NCBI GenBank assembly: GCA_965207885.1
Contig: OZ242311.1
Coordinates: 288,001 to 352,000, forward strand
Direction of reading: 5' to 3'
From: Candidatus Latescibacterota bacterium
GTDB taxonomy: Bacteria > Latescibacterota > UBA2968
DNA: 64,000 bases
A program made the position numbers and the translations under genes. Each line of letters begins with the position of its first letter. The first letter of the stretch is position 1. Below are positions 38,679 to 48,560 of the stretch, in pieces. The notes below the pieces were generated by a model. The model did not search any database. It saw only the letters and a program-made list of their open reading frames with translations, and was not told the origin of the DNA.

Positions 38679-39317
38679 TCAACATCTTTTAAGAAAGACA
38701 AAGGAGCGCTTTCGTCGTGAAAATGGTAATCTCAAAGTGGTTTCAGCGGCATAGATGTGGTCTGGAACACCGTTCGCAAACTCACTGAGAGAACCTGGAC
38801 CTTTCATTGCAATAAGTACACCGGGGGGGGCGAGAAGAGGTTCAACCCAATTCCAGAGTTGAGGAAGCCTTGCAACTGCGCGCGCTGTACCAATTAGAAA
38901 TTTGCCCGAGAACGAGGAATCTCCAACAAGTGTCTCAGCGCGACTTCTAATAGCGAAGGTGTCTTGAAGGTCGAGCGTTGTGATAGTTTCCTTGAGAAAA
39001 AGGGTTTTCATGCGGGCGGGTTCGAGGAGATAAACTTTGAGGTCGGATCTCATAATCTTGATCACAATACCCGGCAGACCTGCCCCGGAACCCAAATCAA
39101 GGAGAGGGCCATCTATTGGAAGGTGCGGTACCAGCGAAAGACAATCGAGAATATGACGTTCCCATATAAAATTGCGGTCATTGCGGGAGACCAATCGAAC
39201 GCGAGCCGACCAATCGGTAAGCAAATCGACGTATTGAACGAGCAACGCGACCTGTTCAGGGGAAAGTGAAAGATCAAAGGACTTCTCCGCAAGCTCAATT
39301 GCTTCATCGGGTTGCAT
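38679..39317 (-). CDS. rsmG: 16S rRNA m7G527 methyltransferase
   Basis: RHILDCL, DLGSGAGLPG, RAE, ARAVA, AMKG; start refined to MQPDE. Confidence 0.9.
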   Translation of the reverse strand: MQPDEAIELAEKSFDLSLSPEQVALLVQYVDLLTDWSARVRLVSRNDRNFIWERHILDCLSLVPHLPIDGPLLDLGSGAGLPGIVIKIMRSDLKVYLLEPARMKTLFLKETITTLDLQDTFAIRSRAETLVGDSSFSGKFLIGTARAVARLPQLWNWVEPLLAPPGVLIAMKGPGSLSEFANGVPDHIYAAETTLRLPFSRRKRSFVFLKRC

Positions 39318-39398
39318 TGGATATACCTTTAGAAGAGGGAGTAAGAGGTAATACGCAAGAGGAGAGTACACAGCCCAACGCACCAGCCCCTCTTTGCA

Positions 39399-39414
39399 TG
39401 TTTCACGTGGAACG
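39399..39414. promoter_or_regulatory. parS centromere-like site
   Basis: TGTTTCACGTGGAACG, identical to 38586-38601. Confidence 0.85.
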
Positions 39415-39478
39415 TTTTACAACTGATCGTATCTCAGACCAGTTCAACGGGGTACAACTGATTCAGACCAGTTCGACA

Positions 39479-40825
39479 TTATTTGCCTATGCAAAAGGTT
39501 TTGAAGATTCGATCGAGAACATCATCCGGGGTAGTCTCCCCAATAATCGCGGCAAGCGCGTCCAGTGCAACGCGGAGATCCATGGCAATAATTTCCCCCG
39601 GATTGCCGAATTCAAGGCTTTGAAGTGCCTGGGAGAGTCCCGTTGAAGCCTGTTGAAGTGCGAGAACATGCCGTTCTCTGGTAACGATTTCTTCGGGCAG
39701 GTCGCTCTTTCCCAAGAGACTCTCACGAAGGCGATCCCGCAAAGAGGAGATACCATCGCCTGTTTTGGCTGAAAGAACGATCTGGGGGTGGAGAGACTGA
39801 ATGCTTTGCCAACCGGTATGAATATTCAAATCGCTCTTATTGAGAACGAGAAATGCGTGATCATAACGACTGATGTTGTCCAGATCCGCGCAAGACGGGG
39901 GATGCGATCCATCCACAATATAGAGAACAATGGCTGCGCGTTCTATGAATCGTTGAGACCGACGCGTACCCTCTCTTTCCACCGGGTCATCAGTGTCGCG
40001 AATACCAGCAGTGTCAACCAGTGTAACAGTAATTCCATCGAGATCAATTTGCTCTTCAATTGTGTCTCGCGTTGTACCGGGAATATCTGTAACAATCGCA
40101 CGGTCTTCTTCAAGGAGCCGGTTAAGAAGGCTGGATTTTCCCACATTGGGTTGACCTGCAAGGGTGATGACAGCACCTTCCCGAATAATTTTTCCACGAT
40201 CATACGAAAGAATGAGATCTTCAATATGCTCTAAAGCCTGCGAGAGCGGTGGCTTAATCATCTCGAAATCTATCTCTACATCTTCGGAAAAGTCTAAATT
40301 AGCTTCAAGAAGCATAGCTGCCTGACGAATAGACTCTGCCATTTTTACGAAATGGCGATGAAGCCCACCGCGGAGTTGAAAAAAAGCAGATTGGAGGCTT
40401 AGATCGGATTTCGCGGTGATCATATCAGACACTGCTTCGGCCTGTGAGAGGTCCATTTTACCGTTGAGAAAAGCTCGTCTGGTAAATTCTCCAGGTCCAG
40501 CCGGTCGAGCACCTTCTCGAAAAACGGCTTCCATAATCCGTCTGAGGAGAAATGGTCCCCCGTGGCAGTTAAATTCAACTGTATCTTCACCGGTAAAGGA
40601 ATTGGGAGCACGCATGACCGAGATCAGGACCTTGTCAAAATCTCGGCCCTGAATGTAGAGATGTCCAAAAGAAAGTTGGTGAGAAGGAAGGTGGCTGAGG
40701 GGGGTTTTGCTTCTGAAGAAACGTTCTCCAATTGAGATGGCATCAGGTCCGCTGAGTCTAATAATGCCAATTGCACCTTCGCCTGGCGCAGTGGCGATTG
40801 CCGCGATGGTGTCATTGTCGGACAT
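39479..40825 (-). CDS. mnmE: tRNA modification GTPase MnmE
   Basis: DTIAAIAT, GQPNVGKSS, GTTRD, DTAG, NKSD, C-terminal FCIGK. Confidence 0.97.
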   Translation of the reverse strand: MSDNDTIAAIATAPGEGAIGIIRLSGPDAISIGERFFRSKTPLSHLPSHQLSFGHLYIQGRDFDKVLISVMRAPNSFTGEDTVEFNCHGGPFLLRRIMEAVFREGARPAGPGEFTRRAFLNGKMDLSQAEAVSDMITAKSDLSLQSAFFQLRGGLHRHFVKMAESIRQAAMLLEANLDFSEDVEIDFEMIKPPLSQALEHIEDLILSYDRGKIIREGAVITLAGQPNVGKSSLLNRLLEEDRAIVTDIPGTTRDTIEEQIDLDGITVTLVDTAGIRDTDDPVEREGTRRSQRFIERAAIVLYIVDGSHPPSCADLDNISRYDHAFLVLNKSDLNIHTGWQSIQSLHPQIVLSAKTGDGISSLRDRLRESLLGKSDLPEEIVTRERHVLALQQASTGLSQALQSLEFGNPGEIIAMDLRVALDALAAIIGETTPDDVLDRIFKTFCIGK

Positions 40826-40838
40826 AGAAATAAACCAA

Positions 40839-42542
40839 TCAGGACGTGCCCAACATCGATTTGGTTCTTTCCATGATGATCTGCTGGGCGAGGGTCAACA
40901 CATTGTAGAGCGTATAATAAAAGACGAGGCCAGAGGACATACTCCAGAAAATATAGGTGAGAAAGACGGGCATGATATAAACGAGAATAGCCTGTTTGGG
41001 ATCTTTCATCATCATCTTTTGCTGAATAAACATCGACACGCCCATTAGAAGAGGCAAGAGGTGCAGGTCAAAACCACCAATAGGAATGGTATCTGGTTGG
41101 GAAAGGTCGGTGATCCAGAGAGCGAATCCAGCTTGCCGGAGTTCAATAGTACCGCGAAACAGAGAAAAAAGAGAAAACAGTATGGGCATCTGCAAGAGCA
41201 TCGGTAGGCATCCACCGATGGGGTTGATCTTCTCGTCCCGGTAGAGTTTCATCATCGCCTGATTCACTTTTTGCTGGTCGTTGGCATAACGTTCGCGAAG
41301 TTCGGCAATTTTGGGCTGAAGCGTCTGCATCTTGGCAGTAGATTCAAGACTCTTGTGCGTGAGTGGGAAAACAACGACCTTGACGAGAATAGAAAAAAGA
41401 ATTATGACCACGCCGTAATTTGGAACTAGAGCATGCATGGCGAGGAAGGCTTTGAGAATTAAAATTGTAACTGGCTTGAGAATGGCGCGCACAAAATAAG
41501 GACCGTAATCGACAAAGTCATCGAGGTCCAGTTCTCGTTCAAGTCCATCGAGGTCGCGGTTTTGTGCACGCAAAATGTCATAAGAAATTGGACCAATGTA
41601 TGCGGAGTAATTGATAATATTAAGTCCAGAATCAGCATACATATCAAAAGCAAAATCGCGATAAGAAAAGCCAAATGGATCAGTCTTATTATCACCGTAT
41701 AGCGCGAGGTCATAACGACCTTCGTTGGGGATAATCGCGGCGAGAAAGTATTTATTTCTTATGCCAATCCAGGTTAGCTGACCGCTCGGGGGTGTCTCTT
41801 TCTCCTGAAGGCGACCCGTATCCCATGTTTCAACTTCCCCTCCCATGTAGGTGACGATTTGTTCGTAAACACCTTCGTAAAAACTCTCTGAAGTCCCGCG
41901 CTTATCTTCTGTATCAGCGAGACCACCATCCCACGTTATCGCCAATTTATCATCTCGAGCAAGCCCCTCAGCTATGATGGAAACGTGAATGCGATATCGG
42001 TTGCCCTGAAAACGGAAACGTTTCTCAACTGGACCACGCGGAGATTGAGCGCGAAATACGATCAGGTCTTGCGTATCACCATAAATGTCAAGGCGGTCGC
42101 GATCGGGGATAAATTCGAGACCATTGAGAGACTCACTTGCAACAGTAGCTCCAAGTCCAGCACCGTTGGATGGGATCAATTCCAGCCAATTGCCATTGCG
42201 ATCAAAATAGCTCTTGAGTTGCCAACTGGTAATTACGCCACCGCGCGTGGAGATGACAGCGCGGTAAAGTTCCGCGTCTATGACAACATCACGAGCCTGG
42301 AAAGTCGATGTAGTGGCTGGACTTTTGTCCTGTACAGGAGGTTGTTGGGTTTTGGGTTGTTGTGTGGGTTGAGGTTCGGGATGTGTATCAGTAATATGGG
42401 GTGGATCAATCTCGCGAGGGGCGGCTTTTTTTACAGGATCTGGCGACTGAGGTTCGTCACCTTGAAAGAATTGCATGTAATACGGCATCAGTATCAAGAT
42501 CAGGCCGATTAACGCAAACGCAATTACTGTACGTCTATCCAT
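40839..42542 (-). CDS. yidC: Membrane protein insertase YidC
   Basis: NYG..II, PL, LQPK, NP.GGCLP.L.QMP, WITDLS.PD; synteny. Confidence 0.95.
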   Translation of the reverse strand: MDRRTVIAFALIGLILILMPYYMQFFQGDEPQSPDPVKKAAPREIDPPHITDTHPEPQPTQQPKTQQPPVQDKSPATTSTFQARDVVIDAELYRAVISTRGGVITSWQLKSYFDRNGNWLELIPSNGAGLGATVASESLNGLEFIPDRDRLDIYGDTQDLIVFRAQSPRGPVEKRFRFQGNRYRIHVSIIAEGLARDDKLAITWDGGLADTEDKRGTSESFYEGVYEQIVTYMGGEVETWDTGRLQEKETPPSGQLTWIGIRNKYFLAAIIPNEGRYDLALYGDNKTDPFGFSYRDFAFDMYADSGLNIINYSAYIGPISYDILRAQNRDLDGLERELDLDDFVDYGPYFVRAILKPVTILILKAFLAMHALVPNYGVVIILFSILVKVVVFPLTHKSLESTAKMQTLQPKIAELRERYANDQQKVNQAMMKLYRDEKINPIGGCLPMLLQMPILFSLFSLFRGTIELRQAGFALWITDLSQPDTIPIGGFDLHLLPLLMGVSMFIQQKMMMKDPKQAILVYIMPVFLTYIFWSMSSGLVFYYTLYNVLTLAQQIIMERTKSMLGTS

Positions 42543-42595
42543 AAATTCAGTCTTTCTGCACAGAAAATAATAAAGGAAGGGATTGCAAAAACGGA

Positions 42596-42925
42596 TCAGG
42601 AGTCGATAAGACCGAGCTTTTGAAATGCGAGGTGTAGTTCAAGGTGGAGTTCAGTATAAGAGACACCGCAGGCGTGATCTCCTATGGAGATAAGTACCAG
42701 ACGGTGAGGATGGCCTGAAGGTATTAGTTCGGAACATACTGCACGTACTTGCCGGCGGATGCGATTGCGCCGAACGGCGTTTCCAAATTTTTTCCGAATT
42801 GAAATGAGCGTTAGATCCATCTCGGAAGTACCTATCCGAACATTAACCCAACGCCCACGAAAGATCTGACCGTGCTGTCGAATTTTCGCAATCTCGCTTC
42901 GAATACGCAGGTTGGGTGTTCCCAT
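42596..42925 (-). CDS. rnpA: Ribonuclease P protein component
   Basis: KKFGNAVRRNRIRR motif; lies between rpmH and yidC. Confidence 0.85.
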   Translation of the reverse strand: MGTPNLRIRSEIAKIRQHGQIFRGRWVNVRIGTSEMDLTLISIRKKFGNAVRRNRIRRQVRAVCSELIPSGHPHRLVLISIGDHACGVSYTELHLELHLAFQKLGLIDS

Positions 42926-42939
42926 AACACACCTACATA

Positions 42940-43074
42940 TCAATGCGATAGCTGCTTGCGACCCTTTCGGCGCCGTCGATTCAGCACATGGCGACCACCA
43001 GGAGAACTCATGCGAGCGCGAAAACCATGTTTATTTTTGCGCTTGCGATTATGTGGTTGAAACGTGCGTTTCAT
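42940..43074 (-). CDS. rpmH: 50S ribosomal protein L34
   Basis: Manual translation [44 protein letters not shown]; GAGGT RBS. Confidence 0.97.
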   Translation of the reverse strand: MKRTFQPHNRKRKNKHGFRARMSSPGGRHVLNRRRRKGRKQLSH

Positions 43075-43129
43075 CAAACCACCTCGTATCTACAAAAATT
43101 TCAATTATCTATATCGACAAAGATTTTGG

Positions 43130-43158
43130 AATATAGAGGTGCATACCTCCTTTGTCAA
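43130..43158 (-). promoter_or_regulatory. rpmH operon promoter
   Basis: TTGACA-17-TATATT on the minus strand. Confidence 0.65.
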
Positions 43159-43194
43159 GCTATTTCCCTTTGACTGGAGGCTCCTGTGACTATA

Positions 43195-43239
43195 CTACTA
43201 TATATGGTGTACATTTTTTTTGTACACTATATCTTGACT
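43195..43239. promoter_or_regulatory. Tandem NrdR-box-like sites
   Basis: CTACTATATATGGTGT and ACACTATATCTTGACT versus consensus acaCwAtATaTwGtgt. Confidence 0.45.
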
Positions 43240-43600
43240 GTTTACTATTATTTTACTATTTTTCAAATGTTTACTAATATTTTCCTTTGACAAAACCCTC
43301 TTGACATCGCTCATTTCATTGCTTAGTTTTCGATTAGCTTTCAGAATCTTTTGAAATCCACTTTTGAAGTGGATTCCCCCACCGTGGTCTGCTGTTAAAA
43401 ATAACCGAAGTATTTCGATTTCAAAGTTTCAGAATACTTTCAATTTTCCTTCCTCCAATTGAGAGTCCCCCATTTCCTGAAGCGAAATCAGGCCTCCCTT
43501 ATATTCGGATTTCTCAGACAACGGTTTCCAGCACGTAAAGTATCCTATTGATATTCCCTTAGTTGGCGCGTGTTTGCCAGCCATAGACGGATATTGCCCT

Positions 43601-44983
43601 ATGGATGAACGCTCTTCTGACTTATGGAACCGGTGTCTCTACGCCATCCAGGAAAAAATACAGGATCAGAGTTTTGAAACCTGGTTCGCTCCAATCAAGG
43701 CGCGGCAGTTTACCTCCGAAGAAGTTATTCTGGTGGTACCCGAGAGGATTTATGCCGATTGGTTAGAACAAAATTACATCGGGTTAATCAAAACGACCAT
43801 CCAGGAAGTCTTCACATGGAATCCACGCATAACTTTTGCGGTTGGTGATACTCACCAACAAATGCCATCCCATGTAAAAGATGCTCCCGGATTCATGCGG
43901 GGAGCACCTCTCGATTCTGTATCTACTGCGCCATCTATCCATCCAGAACCTATCCAACCAGTATTTCCCCTCAATCCACGCTACAGGTTTGATAATTTTG
44001 TTGTTGGTGAAAGCAATGAAGTGTCGTTTTCTGCGGCAAAAGCCACAGCAGAGTCGCCTGGACAAACGGCTTTTAATCCGCTTGTCCTTTACGGCGGCGT
44101 TGGATTGGGAAAAACTCACCTGCTCCAGGCCATTGGTGCACACTGTATCGAAATGGGAACAGGTCAACGCGTAGTTTATGTTACTGCACAACAGTTTCTC
44201 ACAGATTATTTAGAAGGAATCAATCGCGGAACAATCTCTAATTTCCATCAAACCTATCGCCAGGCGGATGTGTTGCTGGTGGATGATATCCAGTATTATG
44301 TGAAAACAGAAGGTTGCCAAAGAGAGTTTATCCATACATTTAATGCCCTATTTCAAGCAGATAAGCAGATTATCATCAGTTCTGATCGCCCACCATCTCA
44401 CCTCAAGGGATTTGAGGATCGGTTGATTTCTCGATTTCAATGGGGTTTAGTTACAAATATCGAAGCACCTGATCTGTCCACGCGGGTGGCTATTTTAATG
44501 CAAAAAGCAGAAGAGATGGGTGTTTTATTGTCCCACGAAATTGCCAGTTTCTTAGCTGAGCAGATCGATACCAACATACGCGAACTTGAAGGCGCATTAA
44601 AACGCCTGGTCGCTTATACCAAATTACAACGCTATCCACTCACGATTGAAACAGCGCGAAAGACCCTGTTAAGCCCGCCTCAAAAGACCAAACCGACTGT
44701 TACTATTGAAAGCATTCAAAAAGCAGCAGCCCACTTTTTTGAAATACCTTTAGATAAACTGGTTGGTACAACGCGGAAGCAGGATGTGACAACAGCCCGT
44801 CATGTGAGTATGTATTTGAGCAAATCTCTTACAGGTGCTCCTCTCAAGACGATTGGTTTGCAATTTGGAAACCGCGATCACAGCACAGTTATTCACGCAT
44901 GCCGGAGAGTAGAAGACAAGATATCAGCGGATCCAGAATTTGAACATCTTGTGAGTGAACTACAAGATCATATCGTAAGTTAA
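43601..44983 (+). CDS. dnaA: Chromosomal replication initiator DnaA
   Basis: SFETWF, NP.Y.FDNFVVG, GGVGLGKTHL, DDIQ, RL.SRF.WGL, RELEGAL, RDHSTVIHA. Confidence 0.98.
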   Translation: MDERSSDLWNRCLYAIQEKIQDQSFETWFAPIKARQFTSEEVILVVPERIYADWLEQNYIGLIKTTIQEVFTWNPRITFAVGDTHQQMPSHVKDAPGFMRGAPLDSVSTAPSIHPEPIQPVFPLNPRYRFDNFVVGESNEVSFSAAKATAESPGQTAFNPLVLYGGVGLGKTHLLQAIGAHCIEMGTGQRVVYVTAQQFLTDYLEGINRGTISNFHQTYRQADVLLVDDIQYYVKTEGCQREFIHTFNALFQADKQIIISSDRPPSHLKGFEDRLISRFQWGLVTNIEAPDLSTRVAILMQKAEEMGVLLSHEIASFLAEQIDTNIRELEGALKRLVAYTKLQRYPLTIETARKTLLSPPQKTKPTVTIESIQKAAAHFFEIPLDKLVGTTRKQDVTTARHVSMYLSKSLTGAPLKTIGLQFGNRDHSTVIHACRRVEDKISADPEFEHLVSELQDHIVS

Positions 44984-45029
44984 GGAGTCAAAGCCCAGTA
45001 ATGACATAAACAGATAGATCTTAAATATA

Positions 45030-45065
45030 TGCCCCGGACTCTCATAGAGGTCTGGGGTTATTTTT
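45030..45065 (+). terminator. Terminator after dnaA
   Basis: GCCCCGGAC-TCTCATAGAG-GTCTGGGGT then ATTTTT. Confidence 0.55.
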
Positions 45066-45099
45066 ATCAATTATATTCCTGTTTTAGATGTGCAGGTGG

Positions 45100-45500
45100 T
45101 CATTTACTCACAGTTTCTGTTTATATTATTAATAAAATCAAAATATGTACTTGATATACGATAATAATAATAACACTGTGGATTCTGTGGAAAATGCGTC
45201 AATAAAAGGAAAACTCGCTTAAAAATAGTGGGTTAAGAATGTTCCTGCCAATATGACATTGTGAATTTCTATGTGCAGAACATGTGGAAATCTGTGTGGT
45301 TTTCCACAATTTGGAATGTGGATTTCTTTTTCACACAAAAAATCCACAATCTATCCAGATTCTTTTCCACACCCAAAATCTTGTGCACAGCACTGTGCAC
45401 AGAAAGCGTTTCTCTTTAAAAATCAATAACTTTTTATTTTTATCATTAAGAGATTGCAAATTGAGTTATCCACATCGGGCAAATCTATTGTTGATAGGCA
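45100..45500. other. oriC (AT-rich DUE, DnaA-trios, DnaA-box cluster)
   Basis: AT-rich 45120-45160, (TAA)4-CAC-TGTGGATTC-TGTGGAAAA at 45162-45195, many degenerate boxes, perfect TTATCCACA at 45466. Confidence 0.85.
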
Positions 45501-45610
45501 TCATACAGGTAAGAGGATTTTCTCTTTTTCGTTGAGGATATGTTTATATTGTTCCGTGTCGTCAGGTGTAAGCTATCTCACCATGCATACATAAATAGGA
45601 GACGGTTGAG

Positions 45611-46228
45611 GTGCTGACTTATGATTCTCAAAAAGCGATGCGCGCATTGTGCAAAAATGATCGCACACTCGGTCAATTAATCAAGCAGGCAGGACCAATA
45701 ACCCTTGATTTGCCAAAACGATTAAACCCTTTTGATGCGCTTTTGCGGTCGATTATCTATCAACAACTCTCAGGAAAAGCGGCTGCCGCCATTCACAAAC
45801 GGGTGCGCGTCCTGTTTTTTGGGGGAAATATCAACCCAAATCAAGTACTTGCGATGGATGACCAGGTGCTTCGCAATGCGGGAATGTCCCGGGCAAAAGT
45901 GGTCGCGGTAAATGATCTGGCGCAAAAAACCATAGATGGCCTGATTCCCCCGGGTTCACGCCTTCGCGAAATGTCGGATGCCGATATTGTAGAAAATCTC
46001 ACACAAGTGCGCGGCATTGGAGAGTGGACTGTTCAAATGTTTCTGATGTTCCAACTCGGCAGGCCCGATGTGCTCCCGACAAAAGATTTGGGGGTGCGCA
46101 AGGGATTTATGCTCACTTATGGATTGGACGAGTTGCCAGCAGAAAAAGATATGATGGTCTATTGTGAGCGGTGGAGACCTTATCGCTCGGTGGGAAGCTG
46201 GTACATGTGGCGGGCACTTGAATTGTGA
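45611..46228 (+). CDS. DNA-3-methyladenine glycosylase (AlkA/HhH-GPD)
   Basis: SIIYQQLSGKAA, VRGIGEWT, DVLP..DLGV, WRPYRS. Confidence 0.92.
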   Translation: MLTYDSQKAMRALCKNDRTLGQLIKQAGPITLDLPKRLNPFDALLRSIIYQQLSGKAAAAIHKRVRVLFFGGNINPNQVLAMDDQVLRNAGMSRAKVVAVNDLAQKTIDGLIPPGSRLREMSDADIVENLTQVRGIGEWTVQMFLMFQLGRPDVLPTKDLGVRKGFMLTYGLDELPAEKDMMVYCERWRPYRSVGSWYMWRALEL

Positions 46229-46259
46229 GGCTAACTTTCATGTATAAACGGAGCGGATT

Positions 46260-47618
46260 ATGCCAAACCTGATCGTTTTATTGAGTGACCAGTTGCGCCG
46301 ACAGGCTCTTGGAATTCACGGTGACCCGGATGCACGCACACCGCACCTGGACGCCTTTGCACAACAGGGTGTTCGATTTGACAATGCGTGTTCCACGTAT
46401 CCGATCTGTGTGCCTTTTCGATTTACACTTATGACTGGCGAATATGCCCATGTCCGCAAAATACCGGGTATTGAATACGCAATGTCCACGGAAGAGCGCA
46501 CGCTGGCAGATGAGTTTAATGAGGCGGGGTATGAAACCATTTATGTGGGCAAATGGCATCTCGATGGCGGGCACGGGCGGTTGGGATCTGCTGTGCAGGT
46601 CAACCGCACGCGGATACCGCGTTCTCGGCAGGGTCGCTGGCAAAAGTGGTACGGGTTTGAGCTGCGCAATGATCCCTTTGATACCTGTTATTTTGAGGAC
46701 GACGATCCCACGCCGAAAAAAATTGAAGAGTATCAGACCGATGGCTTGTTTCAAATTGGTATGGATTATATAAAAGACCGCGTGGATGACCGTCCCTTCT
46801 GCATGGTCATTTCTGTGGAACCACCTCACGATCCTTTTGTGGCTCCCGAAGATGTGCAATCCGCATGGGAAGCGAGAGATATTGTATTACCCGAAAACTT
46901 TGATGTGGCGGATCCCACACAGCGCGAAGCGTTTATTCTCAGTCGCAAGCGCTACAATGCTATGGTTGAGAATCTGGATGCCAATGTCGGACAGATGATG
47001 GTTTTTCTCAAGGCGGAAGGATTATTGGATGATACAGTCGTGATCTTTTTATCTGACCACGGCGAATTGGCGGGCGCACACGGCCTGCGCGCCAAGCAAT
47101 GGCCCTATGAAGAGTCTGTGGGGATTCCACTCATGGTGTGGGATTCCCGTGTGAGAGAACGCGCGGGAACGGTGATCAATGACCCGACATGCACCGAGGA
47201 TTTGTTTCCAACACTGCTTGGATTGGTGGGGTTAACCCCAAAAAATGAGGTGCCGGGGACGAACTTGACACCGCTCATTCACGGGGATGTAGATGCGCTT
47301 GATCGCGAGGGTGTTTTGCTCGAGTTTGTTGCAGAATTGCGGGAACGACCACCATTTTTCGATGAGGTCTGGCGGGGATTTCGCACGCGGGATTACAAAT
47401 ATACCGTGAAGGGCAATAACATGGGCGGCAAGCCCTGGCAATTTTTTGATCTGAAAAACGATCCCGGGGAAATGAATAATCTGGTGGATGATCCCAATTA
47501 CCGCGACCTGGTTGTCCACCATCATCGCTTGCTGTGCGAGCGGATGATTGAGACAGAGGATCACTTTGTCCTGCTTCCGGCGTTTGACTGTGAAGGTGTA
47601 AACGTCTGGGAAGAGTAA
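46260..47618 (+). CDS. Sulfatase (Cys-type)
   Basis: PNLIVLLSDQ, CVPFR..LMTG, GKWHL, SDHG. Confidence 0.9.
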   Translation: MPNLIVLLSDQLRRQALGIHGDPDARTPHLDAFAQQGVRFDNACSTYPICVPFRFTLMTGEYAHVRKIPGIEYAMSTEERTLADEFNEAGYETIYVGKWHLDGGHGRLGSAVQVNRTRIPRSRQGRWQKWYGFELRNDPFDTCYFEDDDPTPKKIEEYQTDGLFQIGMDYIKDRVDDRPFCMVISVEPPHDPFVAPEDVQSAWEARDIVLPENFDVADPTQREAFILSRKRYNAMVENLDANVGQMMVFLKAEGLLDDTVVIFLSDHGELAGAHGLRAKQWPYEESVGIPLMVWDSRVRERAGTVINDPTCTEDLFPTLLGLVGLTPKNEVPGTNLTPLIHGDVDALDREGVLLEFVAELRERPPFFDEVWRGFRTRDYKYTVKGNNMGGKPWQFFDLKNDPGEMNNLVDDPNYRDLVVHHHRLLCERMIETEDHFVLLPAFDCEGVNVWEE

Positions 47619-47620
47619 GT

Positions 47621-48560
47621 TCAGGGTTTCCAGATGGTCGCGCCGATATAGCGTTCGCCTTCGGGCGTATCGTTGTAATAATAGGCTGTTACGAGTACGC
47701 CATCGGGTCTCAGAACAGTGCGCGGATACCCGATATCCGCATTGCCACCATCTTCGCGCAGTACAATTTCCTCGCTCCAATTGGTTCCGGTCGTATCACT
47801 GATCCTCGCGCGAATACCATAAGGTGCTGCGCGATAACCGTAAGTTAGAACGACCCGTCCATCCTTCAGATGCGTCAACGTCGGCGGGTTCCCCCCCTGG
47901 CCAGAAGCCGGTACAGGCTGGCCGACATGTGTCCATGTCAACCCATCATCTTCGGATAAATACGTATCGATCCAGTGTTTAGACGCTGTAAATTCTCCGC
48001 GTTCCGTGCAGCGCACGGCGACGAGAATATGCCCATTACGGAGACGCAAACTTGCGGGCATGATCTGAAAACCCGCAGGCTCTTTACTCAACCACGATAG
48101 AAATCCAAATTTGCGCCCACCATCATAAGACCGCGCAGCAAATACGCGGCCTTCCAGCCCATTGCGCTTATTTGCCGTTAGAAATAGCGTGCATTGATCC
48201 GCGCTATCCACCAGATAATCCGTTCGCGCAGCGATCCCGGTTTGCCCCCACATTGGGAGATAGAAAGGCCCGTTCCACGACTGACATCGGTCCTGTGAAT
48301 AGTACCAGAAGGAACAGACCCCTGGACCCAGGCCCGTCCTGGCGCACATCAATGCGAAGTCAGGTTTCGCCGCCATCCACACTTCGCGCTTGCATGTTTA
48401 CAAATGGACGGTCTTTGTCTCGCGCGTGAAAACCGCCCTGGGGATCTGTATATCCCAGCGTAAATCCCAGTGCGATCTCGTCACCCCACGACCACACCCC
48501 GTAATTTGCAGGCCAACCCGCAAAACGCCCCGTTTCCCGGTACACGGTTACGTGTTTCAT
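47621..48560 (-). pseudogene. Sialidase/BNR-repeat protein, frameshifted
   Basis: N-part 48360..48560 (FAGWPANYG, RSVDGGET*) and C-part 47621..48382 (Asp-boxes SYDGG, SEDDGLTW, DIGYPRT) are in different frames. Confidence 0.75.
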
